From NCBI GenBank assembly GCA_963848445.1, contig CAWKDT010000001.1, positions 330,667 to 394,666 of the forward strand: 64,000 bases of DNA, written 5' to 3'. The notes beneath the pieces were generated by a model. That model was not told the origin of the DNA and did no database searches. It was given only the letters and a program-made list of their open reading frames with translations. Within the stretch, counting starts at the first letter, position 1. Each line of letters starts with the position of its first letter. Positions 56,489-64,000 of the stretch are shown piece by piece. The translations under genes were made by a program, and so were the position numbers. Source of the stretch: Candidatus Dormiibacterota bacterium (GTDB taxonomy: Bacteria > Chloroflexota > Dormibacteria > Aeolococcales > Aeolococcaceae).

Positions 56489-57580
56489 CTAGCGTCCCAG
56501 CGCGTCGATCACCGCATCGGCGACCTGCGAGGTTCCCACGGCCGTCGGATCGTCGCGGTCCGGCTTCATGTCGTAGGTCACGCTGCGCCCCTCGGCGATC
56601 ACCGCCGCGATCGCGCGCTCGAGCCGGTCGCCGGCCTCGCCCTCGCCGATATGCCGGAGCATCAGAACCCCGCTCAGCATCATCGCCATCGGATTCGCCT
56701 TGTTCTGCCCGGCGTACTTGGGCGCGCTCCCGTGGGTGGCCTCGAAGACCGCAACGTCGTCACCGGTGTTCGCGCCGGGCGCAAGCCCGAGTCCACCGGT
56801 CAGCCCCGCGCAGAGATCGCTGAGGATGTCGCCGTACAGATTCGGCATCACCATGACGTCGTACAGCTCCGGCTTCTGCACGAGCTGCATCGACATATTG
56901 TCGACGATGCGGTCCTCGAACTCGACCTGGGGGAACTCGGCGCTCACCTCCTGAGCCACGCGCAGCCACAGCCCGTCGGTGTGCTTCATGATGTTCGCCT
57001 TGTGCACGGCGGTCACCTTGCGACGGCCGTTGTCGATGGCCCACTGGAAGGCGAATCGGAAGATGCGCCGAGTCCCGAACACCGAAAGCGGCTTGATGCT
57101 GATGCCCGAGTCCTTGCGGATCGCGCGCCCTCCGAGGCGTTCGATGTCCGCGATCAGCTCGAGGGTCTCCGCGGCTCCCTCGGCAAACTCGATGCCGGCG
57201 TAGAGGTCCTCGGTGTTCTCCCGGACGATCACGAGGTCGACGTCCTCGTACCGGCTGCGCACACCCGGGTACGACTTACAGGGACGCACCAGCGCGTAGA
57301 GGTCGAGCTCGCGCCGCAGCGCCACGTTCACCGACCTGATGCCCTTGCCGATCGGGGTGGTGAGCGGCCCCTTGATCGCCACCTTGTTGCGGCGGATCGA
57401 ATCGAGCACGTGCGCGGGCAGCGGGTCGCCGTACTCCTCCATCACGCCGAGACCCGCGTCGTGGATCTCCCAGTCGATCCCGACGCCGGTGGCATCGATG
57501 ACCCGGCGAGCCGCCTCGCTGACCTCGGGTCCGACCCCGTCGCCGGGGATCAGGGTGATCGTGTGTCGCGTCATGCTCAT
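56489..57580 (-). CDS. Isocitrate/isopropylmalate dehydrogenase-family enzyme (likely NAD-dependent isocitrate dehydrogenase)
   Basis: '[10 protein letters not shown]' and 'LDLYALVRP' are family signatures. The start was chosen at the ATG preceded by RBS 'GGAGGA'. Confidence 0.8.
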   Translation of the reverse strand: MSMTRHTITLIPGDGVGPEVSEAARRVIDATGVGIDWEIHDAGLGVMEEYGDPLPAHVLDSIRRNKVAIKGPLTTPIGKGIRSVNVALRRELDLYALVRPCKSYPGVRSRYEDVDLVIVRENTEDLYAGIEFAEGAAETLELIADIERLGGRAIRKDSGISIKPLSVFGTRRIFRFAFQWAIDNGRRKVTAVHKANIMKHTDGLWLRVAQEVSAEFPQVEFEDRIVDNMSMQLVQKPELYDVMVMPNLYGDILSDLCAGLTGGLGLAPGANTGDDVAVFEATHGSAPKYAGQNKANPMAMMLSGVLMLRHIGEGEAGDRLERAIAAVIAEGRSVTYDMKPDRDDPTAVGTSQVADAVIDALGR

Positions 57581-57671
57581 GCTGTCCTCCAGGTACTCGT
57601 CGTCTCGAAGTCTGACGAACCGCCGTGCTGCCGTGCGTCGGCTGCCGGAGCGCTCTGACACACTGAGCGCG

Positions 57672-58532
57672 ATGTGGACTCGGGGGCTCGGGCGGTGGTA
57701 CGAGGCGAACGGCCGGCACGATCTGCCGTGGCGGGCGACCGACGACCCGTGGGCGATCCTCGTCAGCGAGGTGATGCTCCAGCAGACCCAGGTCTCGAGG
57801 GTCGCAGGACGATGGGAGTCGTTCCTCGCCAGGTGGCCCTCGCCGCAGGCCTGTGCCGCGGCGCCGCTCGATGACGTGCTGCGCGAGTGGCAGGGGCTGG
57901 GCTACCCGCGCCGGGCTCGTGCCCTCCACGACACCGCCGGGCTGGTCGCCGCCGAGGGCTGGCCGGCCACCGAGCAGGGGCTGCGAGCACTGCCGGGCAT
58001 CGGCGCCTACACGGCCCGCGCCCTGCGGGTCCTCGCCTTCGATGACGGTGGGCCGCCGCCGCAGGACGTCAACATCGCAAGGGTCACTGCCCGCGCGGCA
58101 CTGGGCCGCGAACCGCACGATGTCGGCCACTCGTTGATCGCCGCGGGCCTCTCCGGCGGGCGGCCACGCGGCATGAGCTCCCGGGCGTACACGTACGCCC
58201 TGTTCGACGCCGGAGCCCTGCACTGCAGAGCGATACCGCGCTGCAGCGGCTGCCCGCTGGGCGGCAGCTGTGCCTCACGGCCCCGGCTGGCCGCCGCGCC
58301 TCCCCCACGACGCCGCAGCCAGGGGCGCTTCAGCGGAAGCGTCAGAGAATTACGGGGAGCGCTGCTGAAAGCCATGCTCGCCGACCCACCTCCGGAGACG
58401 ATGCAAGCGCTGCGACTTCGAGCCGGCCCGCCGGCAACCGGCCGCGATCCGGGCGACGTCGCCGCCGCGCTCGACGCGCTCGTCCGTGAGGGACTCGTTG
58501 CCGCGAAGCCCCGCATCAGTAGCATCACGTGA
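57672..58532 (+). CDS. MutY-like HhH-GPD DNA glycosylase with 4Fe-4S loop, lacking NUDIX-like C-terminal domain
   Basis: '[20 protein letters not shown]' is MutY N-terminus-like. The HhH motif '[12 protein letters not shown]' and the Cys cluster '[16 protein letters not shown]' are present. The protein is only 286 aa. Confidence 0.7.
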   Translation: MWTRGLGRWYEANGRHDLPWRATDDPWAILVSEVMLQQTQVSRVAGRWESFLARWPSPQACAAAPLDDVLREWQGLGYPRRARALHDTAGLVAAEGWPATEQGLRALPGIGAYTARALRVLAFDDGGPPPQDVNIARVTARAALGREPHDVGHSLIAAGLSGGRPRGMSSRAYTYALFDAGALHCRAIPRCSGCPLGGSCASRPRLAAAPPPRRRSQGRFSGSVRELRGALLKAMLADPPPETMQALRLRAGPPATGRDPGDVAAALDALVREGLVAAKPRISSIT

Positions 58533-58533
58533 C

Positions 58534-59559
58534 GTGGCGACCACCTCCCCGTACCTCAACTCCGTCTGGCGCGACCTCTGGGCGCGCGACGTATTCACGT
58601 TCATCCCCGATCGCGACCTGCCGCCCCCACCTGACACGGTCACGCCGGGCTCCGGCCCACGCGTCGCCTTCGCCGGGTTCCCCTCGGACTTCAGCCTGGC
58701 ATTTCTGCTCCGGCTCCTCCAGTGCGACGTCCATCCGGTCGGGATCATCACCTCACCCGGCGCCCACCCCGCCATCCTCGGTGACAACGCCCTGAGCCGG
58801 ATCGCCGGCCACCTCGGGATCCCGCTCATCCGCGCCTGGCGCATCAACGACGAGCACTCACGGTTCGCGCTCGAGGAGATGGACCTCGACGCGGTGGTGA
58901 TGGCCAGCTTCGACCAGATCGTGGGCGCGCGCGCCCTCGGCCTCGCCCGGCATGGGTGGCTGAACGTCCACCCGAGCCTCCTCCCCGCGTATCGCGGGCC
59001 CGAGCCGGTCTACTGGGCGATCGCCGACGGCGTCGCCGAGACCGGCATCTCGCTGCATCGCGCGGTCCCCAAGGTCGACGCCGGGCCCATCCTCGCTCAG
59101 ACGCGGGTGGCGATCCTTCCGACCGACACTGCCGGAACCCTGACGAAGCGCCTCGTGGAGGCCGGCCTCGAGCTGGTCCCGCAGGCGCTGGAGCGACTGC
59201 TCGCGGACGCCGACGGCATCCCCGTGGACGCGACCACGTCCTCCTATCGCACCTCGGTCGGGCATCGCTCCCTCGATGAGGCGCGATCGGCGGCCGAGGC
59301 CGAGCGGATGGTTCGTGCCGGTGCTCCGAACATGCTGCCGTGGGTGGACGTCGACGGTCGCGCGGTGTACGTCAAGGCGGCTCAGGTCGCGGACGGCGGT
59401 TCGAGCGACGGAGCCCCCGTGGTTCACTTTCCCGCGGGGGACCTGCTCCTCCTCGAGACCATGAACACCTGCGGTTGTCACCACAACACCAACGACTGCC
59501 AGCACCGGCGCGCGAAGGCATCGACGACACACCACCCCGGCATGGAGACGTACCGATGA
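58534..59559 (+). CDS. Formyltransferase-family protein (Fmt-like N- and C-domains) with N-terminal extension and Cys/His-rich tail
   Basis: 'GWLNVHPSLLPAYRGPEPVYWAI' is the Formyl_trans_N catalytic motif. The tail is 'CGCHHNTNDCQHRR'. The start is proposed at the GTG just after the MutY-like stop. Confidence 0.65.
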   Translation: MATTSPYLNSVWRDLWARDVFTFIPDRDLPPPPDTVTPGSGPRVAFAGFPSDFSLAFLLRLLQCDVHPVGIITSPGAHPAILGDNALSRIAGHLGIPLIRAWRINDEHSRFALEEMDLDAVVMASFDQIVGARALGLARHGWLNVHPSLLPAYRGPEPVYWAIADGVAETGISLHRAVPKVDAGPILAQTRVAILPTDTAGTLTKRLVEAGLELVPQALERLLADADGIPVDATTSSYRTSVGHRSLDEARSAAEAERMVRAGAPNMLPWVDVDGRAVYVKAAQVADGGSSDGAPVVHFPAGDLLLLETMNTCGCHHNTNDCQHRRAKASTTHHPGMETYR

Positions 59560-59969
59560 ATGAGCCGAGCATCATCACTCAGCTCCCGTGGCAGGTCACG
59601 CTGGATGAGTTCACGCGGGCAGCGCTGGAGGTCGCGGAGGGCGGTGCCTGCTGCGTGTTCGCCGTCGATCCCTCGATCCCGATCAAGGCTCGCGGCGGCT
59701 ACGCCTCGCTGGTCATGGCCTACTCACGGGCGGATGAGCCCGTCTGCGTTCTCGACGACGGCACCGCGCTCGTGCTCGTTCGCGAAGGGGGCGCGAGCTC
59801 CGCGGACGCACTGGCGAATCGGGTGATGGCGCTGATGCGGAAGCTCGCGCTGGACCACACGCTCACCGTCGGAGTCGCGGCGCTCGGGCTCGATCCGGGT
59901 CAGGCGCTCGCGGCCGCACGTGACGCCGCCCACTCGGTACCCGCGGGGCAGATCCACCGCGCCGGTTGA
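59556..59969 (+). CDS. Hypothetical protein (137 aa), weak resemblance to a degenerate GGDEF C-terminal half
   Basis: ATGA overlap with the formyltransferase stop. It contains 'LTVGVAALGLDPGQALAAARDAAHS'. Confidence 0.4.
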   Translation: MNEPSIITQLPWQVTLDEFTRAALEVAEGGACCVFAVDPSIPIKARGGYASLVMAYSRADEPVCVLDDGTALVLVREGGASSADALANRVMALMRKLALDHTLTVGVAALGLDPGQALAAARDAAHSVPAGQIHRAG

Positions 59970-59979
59970 CCCGCCCTCC

Positions 59980-61887
59980 TCAACGACGCCTGTTGAGGGC
60001 AGCCGCGATGCGGCGCGGAAGCCGGTCCCTGCGCAGCTGCTCGAGCGTTCGCGGGAGCGGGATCGACCAGTTCGGCCGATCGGTCACACCGGGAAGGTTC
60101 GGGCGCCGGACGGCGAGGCTGGCATCGTCGAGGGTCGCCACCACCAGCCGGCTCGGCGCGCCGGCGAGCGCTTCGTAGGCGCGCTCGACCACGAGATCCG
60201 CCGGCGCCGTGTCCTCCACTCGCGCAAGGCGCTGCAGCCGCCGCCGAACCCCGAGCTCCGCCTCACGGTTGACCGGCCGGCCGCCGGCCTCCATCTCGCT
60301 CAGATCGGCGCCGGTCCAGAGCCCGGCGGCCGTGGGGAGGTCGTGCGTGCTCAGGGCTGCCAGCGCCTGCACCGGGAACCGGGTGGGCCGCTCCGCCTCG
60401 AACCAGGCGAGCCGGTACGACAGCACACCCCGGCGGCGCAGCTCCGCGCGCACCCCATCCTCGACGGTACCGAGATCCTCACCGATGACCCCGCATCCGG
60501 CCCGATCGCTCTCGATGGCGAGGATGTCGAGGAGCTCGCGGGCGGGGTAGCGCACGTACGCGCCGGCGGAAGGGTCCCGCGCCGCGAGGGGTACCCACCA
60601 GAGCCGGAACATCCCCATGACATGGTCGATGCGGATGCCCGTGCCGGCGGCCATCATCCGGCGCAGCGTCGCCACGAGCGGCGCGTATGCCGCCGCTCGC
60701 AGCATGCCCGGGTCGAACGGCGGCACACCCCAATCCTGGCCGGCCGTGTTGAACTCGTCCGGCGGAGCTCCGATCCGCGCCTCCGACGCAACCAGGTCCT
60801 GCCACATCCAGGCGTCGGCGCCGTCGGGCGCGAAGCCCACGGCGAGATCGTGCACGAGTGGTCGCTCGCCGGCGGCGACGCCGAGCTGCAAGTCGATGCA
60901 CCACTGCAGCCAGCGGTGAAAGTCGACCCGATCGCGCTCCTCGGCCACGAGGCGGGCCACGGCGGCGCCGTCCGGGCGCCGGTACCTCGCCGGCCACGAC
61001 TCCCACGATCCGCGGAGCCGCTCCGCCAGCACGCAGAAGCACGCGTAGCGTTCGAGCAGCATCCCCTCCCTGGCGACGTAGGCATCGAAGTCGGGGTCGC
61101 CACGAAAGCCGGCCCACAACGATTCGAGCGCTCGCATCTTGAGCGGCAGCACACCGTCCCGGTCGACGATCGGCGCCTCGCGCAGCGCGCTCGAGGCACG
61201 GCGTGCCTCCTGCACCGCGGGGTCGGCGGCCGCACCCGGTAGCGCATCGATGCTCAGGTAGAGCGGGTTGCGATACAGCCGGCTGGACGGGAAATACGGG
61301 CTCGGCTCCTGCGGCAGCCCGGGCCGGACGGCATGGAGCGGGTTGAGGAGGATGACCTCGGCGCCCGTGCGCCGCGACCACGCGCCCAGCTCGGCGAGGT
61401 CCCCGAGGTCGCCGATCCCCCAGTTGCCTCGCGACCGCACCGAGTAGAGCTGCACCGCCCATCCCCAGCCGCGAAAGCTGCCGGGCATCGCGCACCTCGC
61501 CGGAGCCGTGATGAGCTGCCGCCGGCGACCTCCACGCAGCACGATGTGGTGGTAGCCGTGGGGCACGTCGCGAGCGAGAGTCGCAGCGCCGCGGATCTCC
61601 CGGCCGTCCTCCAGCTCGATGCTCGTCACCCCGGCGGGCAGCGCACCTCCGGGGTGCACGAACAGCGGGGCCGCCTCACCGTCGCCGCCGACCGGCCGCA
61701 GGGTCGCCTCGACGGCGCCTGCGTCAGCAGGACCGACTCTGCGGCGAGCCCCGGTTGCATCCACGTACTCTCTCTGGACGCCCCACGGCCGCACGGCGCG
61801 GCGCGGCACCCTGCCGGTCACCCGGGGTCTCGAGAGAGCACGAACAGCATGCAGCGATGACCGTCCCCGATCTGCCCCCCGGCGCAC
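59980..61887 (-). CDS. malQ: 4-alpha-glucanotransferase (amylomaltase, GH77)
   Basis: GH77 blocks 'WGIGDLGDL', 'DHVMGMFRLWWVP' and 'VIGEDLGTV' are present. The start is uncertain, either the ATG at 61887 or a downstream GTG. It overlaps the divergent glgX start. Confidence 0.85.
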   Translation of the reverse strand: MRRGADRGRSSLHAVRALSRPRVTGRVPRRAVRPWGVQREYVDATGARRRVGPADAGAVEATLRPVGGDGEAAPLFVHPGGALPAGVTSIELEDGREIRGAATLARDVPHGYHHIVLRGGRRRQLITAPARCAMPGSFRGWGWAVQLYSVRSRGNWGIGDLGDLAELGAWSRRTGAEVILLNPLHAVRPGLPQEPSPYFPSSRLYRNPLYLSIDALPGAAADPAVQEARRASSALREAPIVDRDGVLPLKMRALESLWAGFRGDPDFDAYVAREGMLLERYACFCVLAERLRGSWESWPARYRRPDGAAVARLVAEERDRVDFHRWLQWCIDLQLGVAAGERPLVHDLAVGFAPDGADAWMWQDLVASEARIGAPPDEFNTAGQDWGVPPFDPGMLRAAAYAPLVATLRRMMAAGTGIRIDHVMGMFRLWWVPLAARDPSAGAYVRYPARELLDILAIESDRAGCGVIGEDLGTVEDGVRAELRRRGVLSYRLAWFEAERPTRFPVQALAALSTHDLPTAAGLWTGADLSEMEAGGRPVNREAELGVRRRLQRLARVEDTAPADLVVERAYEALAGAPSRLVVATLDDASLAVRRPNLPGVTDRPNWSIPLPRTLEQLRRDRLPRRIAAALNRRR

Positions 61888-64000
61888 GCGCGCCGAACCA
61901 TCGCGCGGCGTGGCCCGGAACCGACGCGCCGCTCGGTGCCACCTGGGATGGATCGGGCACGAACTTCGCCATCTTCTCGGAGAATGCCGAGGGCGTGGAC
62001 CTCGTGCTCTTCGACGAGCGCGGCGCCGAGATCGGCACTCACCCGCTCGTGGAACGCACCGATCTGGTGTGGCACGGCTACATCGCCAATGTCGGACCCG
62101 GTCAGCGCTACGGCTTCAGAGTCGACGGTCGGTACGCGCCGCACGAGGGGTTGCGCCACAACCGCGCAAAGCTGCTGCTCGATCCGTACGCTCGGGCCAT
62201 CTCCGGCCGCTTCCGGCACGGCCGGTCGCTCTTCGGATACCGCATCGGCAGCGACGACCTGCGCATCAGCGGGATCGACTCCGCCCCGGCGATGCCGCGG
62301 TGCGTGGTCGTCGATCACTCGTTTCCGTGGGGTGACGATCGCAGGCCCAACACCGCTTGGTCCGACACGATCATCTACGAGCTGCACGTCAAGGGTTTCA
62401 CCAAGCGCCATCCGGATATCCCCGACGCGTTGCGCGGAACCTATGCGGGGCTCGCGCATCCCGCCGCGATCGAGCACCTCCAGCGCCTGGGTGTCACCGC
62501 CGTTGAGCTGATGCCGGTTCATCACTTCTACGATGCCGCAACGCTTGTCGAACGCGGCCTCGTCAACTACTGGGGATACAACTCGATCGGGTACTTCGCG
62601 CCCGAGGGACGCTACTCCTCGTCCGGCACCAACGGGGAGCAGGTGCGGGAGTTCAAGGCCATGGTGCGCGCGCTGCACGCCGCGGGCCTCGAGGTGATCC
62701 TCGACGTCGTCTACAACCACACCGGCGAGGGCAATCATCTCGGTCCGACGCTCAGCTTTCGCGGCATCGACAACGCGGCGTACTACCGGCTCAATGACGA
62801 CGATCCGCGCTTCTACTTCGATGTCACCGGCACCGGGAACAGCCTCAACGTGCGCAACCCGCACACGCTGCAACTGATCATGGACAGCCTCCGGTACTGG
62901 GTGCAGGAGATGCATGTCGACGGGTTTCGATTCGACCTCGCGTCCGCGCTCGCGCGCCAGTTCTATGACGTCGATCGGCTCTCCGCATTCTTCGACATCA
63001 TCCATCAGGACCCGGTGCTTTCGCGTGTGAAGCTGGTCGCCGAGCCCTGGGACGTCGGTGCGGGCGGGTATCAGGTCGGCAACTTCCCGGTGCGCTGGGC
63101 GGAATGGAACGGCGCGTTCCGCGACACGGTCCGCGATTTCTGGCGCGGCACCACCGGGATTCGAGACCTGGCGTACCGCCTCACCGGGTCCAGCGACCTC
63201 TACCAGGGCGACGGCCGCCAGCCGTCCGCGAGCGTCAACTTCGTCACCGCGCACGACGGCTTCACCCTCGCCGACCTCGTCTCGTACAACGAGAAGCACA
63301 ATGAGGCCAACGGCGAGGAGAACCGCGATGGGAGCGACGACAACCGTTCGTGGAACTGCGGCGCTGAAGGCGACACGGACGACCCGGCAGTCCGCGAGTT
63401 GCGCCGGCGGCAGCGTCGCAACCTCATCGCGACGGTCCTGCTCTCCGAGGGATGTCCGATGCTCCTCGGCGGTGACGAGATCGGGCGCACGCAGCAGGGC
63501 AACAACAACGCGTACTGCCAGGACAACGAGATCTCGTGGGTCGACTGGGATCACGTCGACACGGCGATGCTCAGCTTCGTCGAGCGCATCGTCGCGCTGC
63601 GCCGGAGCGACCCCGTGCTCCGCCGACGTCACTTCTTCTCGGGGCAGGCCGTGCACGGCTCGGGACGCAAGGACATCGCGTGGTTCCTCCCGTCCGGCCA
63701 GGAGGTCGGCGACGCGGAGTGGTTCGACGACGGCCAGCGGTCGCTGGGGATGATCCTCAACGGCGATGAGATCCCGGACCGCGATCCACGCGGCAGACGC
63801 ATCCGCGGCAGCACCCTGATGGTGCTCCTGCACGCCGGAGATCACGAGGTCGGGTGGGTCATCCCGAGCGGGTGGGGCAATCGCTGGTCGGTGTTCGCGG
63901 ACACCGCCGACATGGAGACGGTGCCCTCGACGCGACAGCACCATCCCGGCGAGACGATCACGGTCAGCCCCCGGTCGCTGATCGTCCTCCTCAGGATCTG
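61857..64000 (+). CDS. glgX: Glycogen debranching enzyme GlgX (GH13), 3' end beyond window
   Basis: An open frame from the ATG at 61857 to the window end. It is not in the ORF track because no stop lies within the window. GH13 motifs 'DVVYNHT', 'GFRFDLAS' and 'EPWD' are present, and 'MTVPDLPPG...WDGSGTNFAIFSENAEGVDLVLFDE' is a typical GlgX N-terminus. Confidence 0.85.
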   Translation, partial: MTVPDLPPGARAPNHRAAWPGTDAPLGATWDGSGTNFAIFSENAEGVDLVLFDERGAEIGTHPLVERTDLVWHGYIANVGPGQRYGFRVDGRYAPHEGLRHNRAKLLLDPYARAISGRFRHGRSLFGYRIGSDDLRISGIDSAPAMPRCVVVDHSFPWGDDRRPNTAWSDTIIYELHVKGFTKRHPDIPDALRGTYAGLAHPAAIEHLQRLGVTAVELMPVHHFYDAATLVERGLVNYWGYNSIGYFAPEGRYSSSGTNGEQVREFKAMVRALHAAGLEVILDVVYNHTGEGNHLGPTLSFRGIDNAAYYRLNDDDPRFYFDVTGTGNSLNVRNPHTLQLIMDSLRYWVQEMHVDGFRFDLASALARQFYDVDRLSAFFDIIHQDPVLSRVKLVAEPWDVGAGGYQVGNFPVRWAEWNGAFRDTVRDFWRGTTGIRDLAYRLTGSSDLYQGDGRQPSASVNFVTAHDGFTLADLVSYNEKHNEANGEENRDGSDDNRSWNCGAEGDTDDPAVRELRRRQRRNLIATVLLSEGCPMLLGGDEIGRTQQGNNNAYCQDNEISWVDWDHVDTAMLSFVERIVALRRSDPVLRRRHFFSGQAVHGSGRKDIAWFLPSGQEVGDAEWFDDGQRSLGMILNGDEIPDRDPRGRRIRGSTLMVLLHAGDHEVGWVIPSGWGNRWSVFADTADMETVPSTRQHHPGETITVSPRSLIVLLRI

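Noticed and set aside
61818-63944. 708-aa minus-strand ORF
   Set aside because: It is antisense to glgX, whose plus-strand frame carries all the GH13 motifs. It is a shadow ORF of a GC-rich gene.
1-64000. Search for CRISPR arrays, IS elements, integrases and prophage genes
   Set aside because: No regularly spaced direct repeats, no transposase/integrase/recombinase-like ORFs and no phage structural genes were seen. The only mobile-element hints are the tRNA-Pro neighbourhood and the sulP disruption, which are listed as findings.

Overview
This is a high-GC (actinobacterial-type) chromosomal segment with no integrase, transposase, phage or CRISPR signatures. Apart from the two tRNAs and secG it looks like mostly accessory or adaptive content.

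**Gene content, in order**
- Positions ~311-13406, minus strand, hold a 12-gene operon with 4-nt ATGA/GTGA stop-start overlaps at nearly every junction. It encodes a LuxR-type regulator, Wzz-like protein, DegT aminotransferase, PglF/CapD dehydratase, an HprK-like P-loop kinase, an RtcB-family ligase homologue, a small hypothetical, an APH/choline-kinase-like kinase, an O-antigen-ligase-like polymerase, a Wzx flippase, a GT4 glycosyltransferase and a WbaP-like priming sugar transferase. A divergent second atypical LuxR regulator sits upstream, and a PIG-L deacetylase fragment converges on the operon's downstream end.
- Next come two convergent secreted proteins, a SulP transporter remnant and acetyl-CoA synthetase carrying a +1 frameshift just before its catalytic Lys motif.
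- Then tRNA-Pro with small hypothetical ORFs, a MarP-like membrane serine protease, an L,D-transpeptidase and an OpuC-type osmoprotectant ABC transporter preceded by a lipoprotein.
- Further on: DUF2277, a bactofilin-methyltransferase-bactofilin trio, LldD-like FMN dehydrogenase, HtrA, an ECF42-type sigma factor flanked by two DGPF/YciI-like genes, GNAT, SRPBCC and DUF4234.
- A c-di-GMP pair (GGDEF and PAS-HD-GYP) lies next to a NarL-type two-component system.
- After that: YggT-like, a Cys-rich hypothetical, a cyclic-2,3-diphosphoglycerate-synthetase-like P-loop protein next to ornithine carbamoyltransferase, tRNA-Leu, a family-5 substrate-binding protein and secG.
- The segment ends with a PLD-family lipoprotein, PadR, a frameshifted RibD_C reductase, a hybrid sensor kinase, isocitrate/isopropylmalate-family dehydrogenase, a MutY-like glycosylase, a formyltransferase, malQ, and a partial glgX that runs off the window end and is absent from the ORF track.

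**Most unusual observations**
- Two kinases, an RtcB ligase homologue and a small hypothetical are embedded and translationally coupled inside the glycan operon.
- The LuxR regulators are pseudo-receivers and sit next to palindromic and direct-repeat candidate operator sites.
- Several single-nucleotide frameshifts interrupt otherwise conserved genes (acs, RibD_C, a possible secreted protein), and one gene remnant is present (SulP).

Many long ORFs in the track are GC-rich antisense or shadow ORFs and were rejected. The track reports GTG starts as M.
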